A stretch of DNA of 53,601 nt, filler included, from Catajapyx aquilonaris (lineage: Eukaryota), in NCBI GenBank assembly GCA_000934665.2. It is 2 parts of 2 records of this genome, joined end to end, with 100 filler letters (N's around TTAATTAATTAA, not from the genome) between each part and the next. Parts side by side here need not be neighbours in the genome. Positions count along the whole stretch, not along the records: positions 1 to 26,754 come from KZ539296.1; 1 more part is not named here. One strand, written 5' to 3'. Numbering within the stretch: the first letter of the stretch is position 1; every line of letters starts with the position of its first letter. A program made the translations under genes and the position numbers. The notes below the pieces were generated by a model, which was given only the letters and a program-made list of their open reading frames with translations, had not been told where the DNA came from and ran no database searches. Positions 13,833 to 24,390 of this stretch are shown piece after piece.

Positions 13833-13973
13833 ATAGACGTCTATCCGACTGTGATCCGACTGATTTCCTTATCTCTTATCTCTCGCATCGCTTTCGTTTC
13901 CTCCCTTCCCGGCCTCTGGACAGACTGAACCTGAATCTCTGCAGCACCATTTGTCGGAATTGCTGAGGAGGAC

Positions 13974-16900
13974 ATGGCCACCCAACAACCAACCTTGTTG
14001 TTGCCCCACGTTGTGTCCCTCCTGGAACGAAGCCTGGCCCAGACCGACAGGATTGAGAGGACCATCGCTGAGGTGGACAGGAGGATGGCTCGGATGGACA
14101 TAAGGATGGCCAGGATAGAAGGGTTCATCCTGAGGGAAGAGGAGAGAGGGAGGAAGAAGAGGACACATCGTGATACAGGTTGGGTGAACTCAAGAGTTGG
14201 GAGTTCAAGCCCATTGCCTTTGTGGGAACATATGCAATACCGTTGCTCTCTATTCCCCAGCAGAAGTGCATCATGAAAGAAGCTCTGATGCGGCTATTGA
14301 CGATCATCAGTCAGAGCAGCATCTACACCAACGGACAGGTGCAAGATTTGATCTTCTTGGAGGAAATGGAGGGCAGTCCGAAGTAGAAATAAACAACACA
14401 TTAGAGGTAGAGGTAAGCTTTACCTGTCATTATTCTGAGGCTCTGAGAAATGTGGTGGGTCCAGGAAATGTCAGTGTCTCATTATGCTGCACTTCAGACC
14501 ATGTGTTAGACCCAAGATTTAAAAAAAAAAAATTTAATTAAATTTAATTTAAACAAATAAATTAAAGCATGCTTAATGAAAAGAAGTGATATTTGATTTT
14601 ACAGAAGTATTGCCTGGTACACAAAAATGTTGGGTATTCCTATTGAAGTGCTTATGCTTGCTTCAATGTTAAGGCATTTTGCTGCTTTGCATTGAAACTA
14701 ATGAAGCTATTTTACTTCAGGAAAACTGGAATCAGGAGATGACTGAATTAATGAAGCAAGGAAATGGAGGAGTCGTCAATATTGTTAACTGCATAACTGA
14801 AAACCCATCTGTATACCAGAGGAATGAAGTTGGTGATCACTTCAATGGGCAAGTGGAATTGCGTGCGTCTGGATATGAGAATGTGAGGGTACTGTCTCCC
14901 GATAATGACTCTAAGTATGGTTACGGGGGTTCTGCCTGTAAGAAAAATAATCTGGACAGAAAGAAATTGGTGGGGTATGAAGAGTGTTATGGTAGGACAG
15001 TGACAGGCAGTCAAGCTGCCAAAAGTCTGTGATTTGACCGCAACAACAATTTAGCGTAACTGGCATATTAATTTTTTTTGTTACCTTGTGATAGGGCCCT
15101 CAAAGGGGGGCAGGGGGAGGTTCCCCAGTTAAATAGTTCCTAATCAGTTCAGACCCTCTTAAATACCCGACCTTTACCAAAGCAGGTTGGTGTGGTGGTT
15201 AAGGAGTCCGACTGCTAATTGGGAGGTCCTGGGTTCGATTCCCGGGGCTGGTGATCCTGACTGGTTTTCTGGGGTTTTCTGGGGATAATTCCGGGATTGC
15301 TTCTGCATAATAGGCCACAGTCGCTTCCTTCCTTCCCTATCCTTGGTCCAATCCAATGGTGGTATTCCGCCCCCCTAATGGAGCGCCGATCTCCCAATGG
15401 GGTAAAATTTAAACATTTAAAAAATTGTCGACCTTTTTTGTTGGCCCTGGGCAGAGAAGGGAGTGCAAGCATGGACATGTCAGGTGAGAAGTGGTAAAAG
15501 ACCTGACCAAGCGAAGGTGACGGGGACGGGATTAGAACTCCGCACGTCCCACTTGGCTGGCCAGTAGCATAGGCACTAGAGACTAGAGTCACTAGACCAA
15601 TGTGCCCCCCTATAATTGGCTTATTCATTCTGGGGGGGGGGGGGGGGNGGGGGGGGGGGAAGAACCCAATATTGATATCTAAAATTCGTATTTAAGTTGT
15701 CGAGTCCAGAATCCATCTTTTCTTACACAATATCTGACTACATGAGTATGCCACAGTGTACCCCATTGTTTCTATGCATTTTGAGTTGTTAGATCCATGT
15801 TGGTTAATTGGGATAGATCAAAAACTTTCCCATCAGTAAAAAAAGAGAAGTAAGACCTCCTCGGCGGAATGAAGGTACTGAAACAAGGCAGGCGCACGTA
15901 AGACCTTCACCAATTGATTTAAGCTGTACCATAGGTCGTACTCAAGCAATTTCCAATTTATTACTACTCATGAAATCTCCTTTCTGAAAACAAATTTGTG
16001 GAATTTCTGTAGTACTACTAGTTACTTCTAACTTAGCAGTACCAGTGTAGCGCAATGGTACTGCTAAGTTAGCAGTAACTACAGACCTATAGTTAATAGT
16101 AGTACGACGAAAATTCCACCCATTAATTTTCCATGAGCCACTCCATAAAATTAGTGTTTTATGAAATAATTAGGAACTTGAATATTAAGCACCTTGAATT
16201 TCTATGCGATTAGTGCGAATTATTGCCATGAAACATTCATGCAGAATCGTCACCTCTTTTAGATGCTGATTTTAACTCTAATGTTTAATTTTTCACATAT
16301 ACGTAAACGTTAATTGGTGAATTTTAGAGGGTCTTTTTCGATTGGTTCGATCTGTTAGAATGGGTTCAGTTTTTCCCATTTTTTTTTCTTTTCATAATAA
16401 AATACTACCGACACTGCTCTGAGTAGTTTGCAGCAGTCGTTTTATGAGCCGTTCCATACCGTACTTGAGAATTGCTTGAGTAAGACCTATGGTACAGCTT
16501 AAATCAATTGGTGAAGGTCTTACGTGCGCCTGCCTTGTTTCAGTACCTTCATTCCGCCGAGGAGGTCTTACTTCTCTTTTTTTACTGAAGGGAAAGTTTT
16601 TGATCTAATTTCAGTTCTTTTTTGACAGTAGTACACATAACTTATGCTCTACACTATACAGTCTGCACTATGAATACATTGGAGACGATTTTTGTCGCTT
16701 AGAAGTCCCTAAAATTATTTTCACAGAGATAGTTGTAAAAAAACGAAAGTCGAGTGCTACCAGCCAGGCATTATTCGGGGCAACCCTTCAATTTTCTACA
16801 TTGAGAACCATACCAGACGAATTACTGAAATCGTGGAACTTTCCAAGAATTAAATCAATACTATGTGTGGCTTGCCTCTGTCACATCTGAAAACTCCCAA

Positions 16901-19491
16901 ACTTATTTCATTTTCGCGAAATGCAACGATTGCAGCAAATATTAGTCTGGCACATTTCTCAAGGTAGATATTCCGCATACTGTAACATAATTTCATAATT
17001 AAATTAGCTTAAGAGTTGACCGATATTACCTGGCGATGGCGATATAGCAGGGAGCGAACGGGGTTAATAGTACAGTTGAATCTGGATTCAACAAACTTCA
17101 AGAGACTGCGGAAAATGTCTGTTATAACCGAGGTCTGTTATAGCCGAATCGTCACGCAACGAAAACATAAATTTCTGCTTTCAATGTGGCTGTACTATGC
17201 ACTACTAGGCTACATACCGATTAATGAAATCTGTCACAAATGCAATATTGATGGCTCACCCGAAAATTATGCAGGACCAAAATATCCGAAATTTCCTTCT
17301 GCCGTCTCCTTTGTGCAAATTTTATACCTGGAAAACAATATTTTCCCACCTAGGGTCCAAGAAATGGTCTGTTATACCCGAGGTGAGGTGAAAATTAGTC
17401 TGTTATATCAGTAGTCAAATACACAGGGCCTTATGGAAGCATGCCGGGACAGCCTTTATAACCAAGTATGTTATAGCCGAGGCTGTTATATCCGGATTCA
17501 ACTGTAAATCTGTAATACGTGCAATGCGTTCACACCAGCGGCCGGGTAACATTGGGCTAATAACAATATGGCGAGGTGGTAATATCAGACTCTAACAAAA
17601 GCCTGGCCCGGCTAGCACCTGTAAAGAGGGTCCTATCTACTAGATAGATCCAGAGTTTTGGGGGACCGCATATATATTTTCAGCCACAGTACAGAATGAC
17701 CGGCTCCCACCGAGCCCGGCCAACAACTCCCCTCTCTTCTTCAGGAGAGGGCACACAACACCTCCCGGTGGGAGGAACATCAGGATGGGGGGGAACACCG
17801 GCGCGCAGCCAACCCGCCGCGGCACCACCACACACATACTTGGCAAACCCCCATCCTGATAGTAAATAAGAATTGTCGTTTCAAGGTGATGGCTTTATGA
17901 ACAAATGAATTATTGACAGAAAAAATAAGAGGTAAAAAAATCACAGCTCCAATCCTGTAGCAGTGGGAACTGTGAGATTTTGAACATAGATCCGCACCAT
18001 CCCACTGCACCTTCGGCCTGTTGAAGAAGGAACCAAATTCCGAATAGTTATTGAGCAAAAAAATTGAGACGGATTTTTTGGTGGGTTTAAATTTTTTGCG
18101 GCGTTTTGAAGAGGAATTAAGTAAAAGTGTAAATGGTAGGAAATCAAGTCACGACGGTGGGGATCTGTGTTCAAAATTTGGAAGCTCTACCTACAGCAGA
18201 ACTTGAGTTAGGGCGAATAAAAAAAACGTAACAAGAAGAAGAAGAACAACAACAACAACAACAACAAGTAGGAAAAATTCATTGTTGAAACATTGTTGAA
18301 ATCTATGCTACGGTCTTAAGGGCTATCGCCCTTAAAATAAACAATAGTTTGTAAGGGTGTACTCTTAACCGCAAAAGTAATGTCGCACTGTTATGTGATG
18401 CCATCAGCGACTTTTTGTTTATCCGTCTCCCTGGGGCTGCTGCCAGGTATGTGACATTACTTTTGCGGTTAAGAGTACATGGCTTAACGGGCTTATTGGA
18501 AGGCATGAATGAGGAGATCAGAGGGGTGAAAACTGCAATGCCAATGTATGCACGTGTTGATTGCCTAGACCTTGAAGAATTGGGGGAAGGGAAAGTTCCT
18601 CTTGTTGTAAAAGTTGGCAAGTCATTTACATGAGCATAAGAAGATTTTCATGACACTATTTATTTGTTTCCAAAGATCCTGCTGCCCTCCAGGGACCCTT
18701 TTCAATGTGGCATCTGCAACAAGACTTTCAACATTCCATCTGCTCTGGAAGAATGTGTCAAGTCCCATCAAGTGAAAGTTGAAGTGGAAGAGGAGGTTAC
18801 ACAGCCTTCCCACTCAGGACATCAAAAAAATTTTGTGGTCCAGGAAGAATCCTCTGGAGTAAGTGCATCTCCAGAGCATCTCCAGGCAAATGAGACTCAG
18901 GGGGCTCTTTCAAGATGCTCCAGGAAAGAAAAGGAAGGGACAGGGGCCAAAAAACCTGCATTCTTCTGTTGCAAACTGTGTTCATATGTTACCAGTGAAA
19001 AGGTGCGATTTATTTCTCATCAGCTGACCCATTCAGCACATGGTAAGGTCCATCCAGGAGGGAGTAAATCAAAATTTTCCTGCAAATTATGTGGTGCCAG
19101 CTACACCACTAAATACTATCTATCTGATCATATGAAAACTCTTCACCCTCAATTAAAACCATATCAGTGTGAGTTTTGTGGGATGGCTTTCAGCCGTGCT
19201 TCTACTAGGAAAAGGCACAGAGCGGTCCACACAGGTGAGAAACCATTCAGTTGTTATATTTGCCATAAGCGTTTTATTGAAAAATGTGATTTGAATAAGC
19301 ACTTGCGTAAACATACAGGAGAACAGCCATATTCTTGCCAATTTTGCAATCGTAAGTTCAAGGTGAAGCATTACTTGACTCTGCATGTGCGACGCATTCA
19401 TGCAGCAACTAGAACCACACTCAATCCTGATGCATCAGGGGACTTTCCCAGCAATGAAAACTTTCAGGTATACCATGACATCACAGATTAA
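13974..19491 (+). CDS. C2H2 zinc-finger protein, paralog C (~444 aa); exons 13974-14178, 14261(or 14264)-14412, 14721-14882, 18676-19491
   Basis: In-frame splice model with the same phases as A/B/D and a NAGNAG acceptor at exon 2. One C-C-C-H finger plus 5 C2H2 fingers. Confidence 0.85.
15176..15428 (+). mobile_element. tRNA-derived SINE (different head/core from the 3.7/6.7 kb family)
   Basis: A-box TGGTGTGGTGG, B-box GGTTCGATTCCC, A-rich tail, TSD CGACCTTT (15168-15175, 15429-15436). Confidence 0.75.
15814..16607. mobile_element. foldback element with ~137-bp near-perfect TIRs, copy 1
   Basis: 15814-15951 is the reverse complement of 16469-16607; internal hairpin at ~16009-16104; second copy at 24980-25747. 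Confidence 0.85.
17073..17504. mobile_element. Tc1/mariner-pogo type MITE, copy 1
   Basis: TA-CAGTTGAATC(T)GGAT...ATCCGGATTCAACTG-TA with subterminal GTTATA repeats; second copy at 25926-26355. Confidence 0.8.
17862..18340. mobile_element. possible non-autonomous Helentron/DINE-like element
   Basis: Internal (AAG)n(AAC)n microsatellite (~18233-18267) and terminal hairpin TTAAGGGCTATCGCCCTTAA (18316-18335). Boundaries and class are inferred. Confidence 0.35.
18360..18477. mobile_element. short MITE with TA ends
   Basis: TIR TACTCTTAACCGCAAAAGTAATGTC / GACATTACTTTTGCGGTTAAGAGTA. Confidence 0.75.
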
Positions 19492-19664
19492 CTTGTCAGG
19501 GTGTGGGAAGGCATATTTCTGTACTGCTACTGCTCAGAAGAAGGAAATTCGGTTATTGTTAGTTTCGGCATGTATTGACAATGAGTTCAATATGAGCAGT
19601 TTAAAATCTAAGGTCGTGAAATGCGAGAACAGGGCAAGCTGATATTGAGGGAAGACTTGTATTA

Positions 19665-19814
19665 AGGTGCGTTTACATGATATGGATTTGACAAGCGAAG
19701 CAACGTATATTGTTTGAGGTGAAAGTAACAACAGATTTTCGCCTCAACTGGTTACTTGGGTTACTCCACGATGTTACTGCTCGGCGAAGACTTGGCTCAC
19801 ATGTAAACGCACCT
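19665..19814. mobile_element. PIF/Harbinger (Tourist-like) MITE just downstream of the ZNF-C stop
   Basis: TIR AGGTGCGTTTACATG / CATGTAAACGCACCT flanked by TTA direct repeats. Confidence 0.75.
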
Positions 19815-20168
19815 TTAATGTTTGTGATAAGTTACACAGTTGCACATGAGCACTTAAATTATCACCATTGTTATTGGTGTGTATGGAGTATTTTTGTCTA
19901 TTGAAATACACATCCCATTTCCCAGCCCACATTGAAGAGTTTTAACTATTTCTGTGGTTCATATTTTAATCAAGTGTGACAATGCTCCGAGTTATTTCCT
20001 TTTCAGCTACGGCGCATTGTTACCTTTCCCGCTTCATGTGAATATACTTTTTGATTCAATTATTAGAAGCTGGGTCAGCCTTATGTTGTCTTTATCTACA
20101 TGTATGTAATAATTAGGTAATAATAACTGAAGGAAGGGCAAACAATGATAAGTACCAATCATTTTGAA

Positions 20169-20222
20169 CAGTTCCTTGGATGTAAAGTGGCGTCGATCCG
20201 AATGAGCCCAACATGGCGTCTG
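20169..20222 (+). promoter_or_regulatory. conserved upstream block of ZNF-D with YY1/Pho-like CAACATGGCG
   Basis: Aligns with 13781-13832 and 24214-24267; ~125 nt upstream of the ATG. Confidence 0.5.
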
Positions 20223-20347
20223 ATTAGCTCCCTACCTTTTTCTCTCAGTTCCCATCGCTTCGTTTTCCTCCCTTCCTCTGGACACTGGCTCATCATTCTC
20301 ACCTCTTCAAGACTGCCCTGCTTGTTCGTGGAATTGGTGGGGAGGAC

Positions 20348-22896
20348 ATGGCCACCCAGACACCAACCTGGTTGCCCCGCATTGTGTCTCTCCTGGAAAG
20401 AAGCCTGGCCCAGACCGACAGGATTGAGAGGACCATGGCAGAGATGGACAGGAGGATGGCCAGGATAGAAGGGTTCATCCTGAAGGAACAGGAAGGGAAG
20501 AGGAGGAGGAGGACACCTGAAGGTTCCTGCCCATCCAAATGACTGTTACCTGAGGAATACATGAAATATTGAAATATTTATTTTCTGCAGAACCACATCC
20601 TGCGAGAGACCCTGGTGCTACTTTTGATGATTGTGAGCCAGAGCAGCATCCACATCAAGGGGCTTCTTCAAGTTCTGATGTGCCTGGAAGAAATCCGGTT
20701 CCAGTGGAATTTAACACAACTGTCAAACTAGAGGTAAGCTGAATTATTACCATTCTAGTACGGACGCAGACTTATAGCCTCCCCCTATGAAGTGGACTTT
20801 TAATTTTTACATAGAATCAACCTGGCATTGGCAGGGTTTGAAATTAGCCGGTCGACAGTAGCATTTCGTGACTGGAAGCTATAGATTGGCCACCAAATGA
20901 AGATGTCTTGTCACCAATTTTGGCAACCAGCTTTTTTCTCCCAATAGCGTATTGCATTTCTGTCGATAAATTATTGCTAGGTTTCTAGTCACATATTTAC
21001 AATTTGTTTCCTGCCCACACTCTTGATGACTCATGAGTGAACTAATGCACACGTTGCCCAGCAATGTAAAATTGTATTAGGAAACCATCGTGAAGGAATA
21101 TCACAATTTTAACCATGGAACCGTGACGTGGGGTCTTTTAGGACCCCAAAGGAATAAAATGCATTGCAATGAGTGGCCTTGGAAAATAATGACCTGAAAC
21201 TCCGTGTATTCCTTAAAAAACTTCATTTCATGGATCAAATCCGGTTTAATAATTTTCACACCTACCAAAATGTAGATAATTCGGTGTTTTTGGACCCATG
21301 CTGTCATATTTGTAATGATCTAAGTGCTAATTTACTGTAAAAGAAGCACCTAAATTACTTTATTATTGTAAACTGTTGCCATTTAAAAAAAAGTATATAA
21401 CAGGAAGTCCATATTTATTTTGAATTAGCGATCATTTTAGGAATTGTTCAAAGAATGGTTGCATATAGTCAATACATTGAAAAGTATGTTATAAAAATTA
21501 ATAAAAATTAAAATATGTCATGGGGTCGTAAAACTCCCAAACTTGAAGGTGGAGCAATAGAAGCAAGTGTATATTTTTGACTAGTATTGAAGATTCTGCA
21601 ACTTGCTCAGACACAGGCATGAGGTTTGTCATTGAGAGTCATGTTATTTTCTTTTTCGCAGGACTGGGGGCAGGAAATGACTGAATTATGGATTCAAGGA
21701 AATGAAGGAAGAGACGCCGATATTTCTTACAATGCAACTGAACACCACACTTGGAATGAGGCTAAAGATGAGAACAATTCCAACAGTGGAGAAGAGGAAT
21801 TTGATGCAACTTGTCAGGAGGACGTGAGTAATAACCTTCATTCAGGTAAATGTGTGGGTAGCAATGTGCAGGTATGCCTAAAAATATATGCCACAATACC
21901 TGGTGGCCTACTGAGAGTGAAAGGGGAGGCAAAGGAGAGGGGAAAGGGAACATGGGACATGCTGGGGGGAAGTGCATGATCGCCTATTTTGCATACCGGT
22001 AACTAAAATCTGTGTGCTGAGGATTACCAACTTAAAGCCTGAGAAAATCCGACATATTCACTACATGAATGTAAACTTAATTATGAAACACACTGTACAG
22101 ACAGTCACACTCCTTTTTCATTAATTTACAAAATACAAGTTAAAAAATTCACGTACTTTTGGAGAATAATGATGTACTTTTCTTTCAGAGGAATTCACAC
22201 CCAGTGGCCCAGACACCCTACAAAGACCTTTTTCAATGCGACATATGCTACAAGACTTTCGACAGTCCATCTTCTTTGAAAGAATGCATCAAGTCTCATG
22301 CAGTCGTGGTTGTGGGACAGCAGGACGTGGACTCTGAGCCAGAACAACTCAGCACTTTTGCCCCAGAGGGAGAGACACTTCTAAGAGATCCATTGTGTCT
22401 TCAGTCAAGTCAGAATGATGTGACCAAGGCAAAAAGAAAGGGGAAGAAAAAAGTGGAAAAAAGAGATGCAAAAGATATTTCTCACCAGTTGGCCCGTTCA
22501 TCACATCGTAGGGTCGATCCAGGACGGAGTAACGCACAATTTTGTTGTAAATTGTGTGGTGCCACCTTAGCGACCAAATATTCTTTATCTGTTCATATGG
22601 ATGCTGTTCACCTTGGGTTAAAACTTCATCAGTGTGAGGTGTGTGGGAAGTCTTTCAGCCACTATAATCAGATGAAGGATCACGGAATGGTCCACACAGG
22701 TGAGAAACCATTCAGTTGTCATGTCTGCCACAAGCGTTTTGTCAGAAAAGGTAGCTTGAAGGCACATTTGACAATACATTCAGCAGAAAAGCAATTTTCT
22801 TGCCAATTTTGCAATATGAAGTTCCACCATAAGAATACCTTGAATTCGCATGTGCGAAATCATCATAGAGCAAAGCCAAGCCAAACTATTACCTAA
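20348..22896 (+). CDS. C2H2 zinc-finger protein, paralog D (~395 aa); exons 20348-20522, 20591-20733, 21662-21823, 22189-22896
   Basis: In-frame splice model with phases 1/0/0. One C-C-C-H finger plus 4 C2H2 fingers. Confidence 0.85.
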
Positions 22897-23875
22897 AATG
22901 TAGTGACGAGATTCATGGCATGCAAAGGTTTTGAAGCTTTTCATGATGGTGCATTGAGGAAAATATTAATTTTTTGTATGGAGAGAAGTAGTGTTAGACC
23001 TGACTATTAAAAAGTGGCGGCACATTTCCATATGAATACAGGATTTCCTGTCGAAGAAATTAGCTTTGTATCTCAATGCGCAGGAACTTGTGAAACTGCA
23101 CCCATCCAATTGCCACAATACCTACTAATTGGCATCCAACACTTCCTGGTGTTCATACAGTGCACGGGATTAGTGTTGCCATAACTTCATAACCAACTCT
23201 CAAATTGAAGCACTGCTACTTCTGATGTGAGTGGAGACTGTCGATGTTTGAACCCTTTTAGAGTGTGGAATTTTTGGTTTTTATTCTGTTCAGGTATTAT
23301 GTTCCTAATGACAGACAACAGGATAGTTGATGAAATGACTGTCTGAAGCAGCTATCTTCATTTTGTGACTTTTTTGAGTTAACACCACCAATAAAATCTT
23401 CAAGTAAAGGCGCACCCAATGAGCCGAAGAGCTCAATCGAAATGAGTTTTCTTGGAGCCATAACAAGAGGATGAAATCTGGTCAGTTACCCAAAGCCGGC
23501 TATCTTCATTGAACTTGATTTACCAAGTCAGCTATCTTCAGTCCATGATAGTATTGCATGGATGGAGGACCTCTACGTGTTTTTTTTTCCTAGAGTTTAC
23601 TCCACAAATACATTTACTCTGCCAACAATGACAATAAGAGGAAGTCCCCAGTTTAGGAACGACCTGACTTCCGGCTATCCGTACTTATGGGCAGGGCTTG
23701 ATAATGGCGATCAAAATAACAAATTTTCAGCTGTACAACTCTTAACTAAAAAAGTTGCATTTTCTTGGAATGTGGTTCAACGAAGATAGCTGCTTTAGTC
23801 AGCCACCTCCTCATTTTGTGAATCACACATATTTGAGTAAAACGTGATTAATTTTTTTTACTGAACGTTGAGTTA

Positions 23876-24037
23876 AGGCCATTTCACAAAAAAAAATGTC
23901 GCGCGGCAAACGGCGCGACTTGCGGCAAATTTTTATTTATATTTATTGTTGCCAACAATTGGCAACAATAAATATAAATATAAATTTGCCGCAAGTCGCG
24001 CCGTTTGCCGCGCGACATTTTTTTTGTGAAATGGCCT
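23876..24037. mobile_element. near-perfect 162-bp palindromic Harbinger-type MITE
   Basis: AGGCCATTTCACAAAA..TTTTGTGAAATGGCCT is self-complementary over almost its whole length; TTA TSD at 23873-23875 and 24038-24040. Confidence 0.85.
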
Positions 24038-24213
24038 TTACCACGGGCCTTTACTGTATACATCTGTACTACATCGTGCTGATAGTTGTGACCAGGAAGA
24101 ATAAATGTACATGATCTCCACATAGTTTTAAATGGGTTTAATTGGTCACAGAGGGCTTCAAGTGGGATTTCTAGACTTTCAAGCACCATCTGAATTTGGT
24201 TCTACATTCAGAA

Positions 24214-24267
24214 CAGTTCCTAGAAGGCAACGTGTCGTCGATCCGAATGCACCCAGCATGGCGTCTG
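24214..24267 (+). promoter_or_regulatory. conserved upstream block of gene E
   Basis: CAGTTCC..CGTCGATCCGAATGCACCCAGCATGGCGTCTG, homologous to the C and D blocks. Confidence 0.5.
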
Positions 24268-24390
24268 TTTAGGCCTGGAGCCACGCTGGAGCGGCCTGGA
24301 GACTGGACCAACAACATGGCCCAACACTGAAGCATTATCTTCTTGGCTTATCCCCTTTTGGCTCTGAAGCCTGGGCTGTAGGAACAAGAC

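Noticed and set aside
8..20562. Recurrent - strand ORFs ending in ..ISAMVLSILSV (8-268, 6271-6513, 13841-14128, 20299-20562)
   Set aside because: Antisense shadows of the conserved ZNF exon 1; the + strand has the splice signals and frame continuity.
23884..24189. Near-identical ORFs on both strands (MSRGKRRDLRQI..)
   Set aside because: Consequence of the palindromic MITE.
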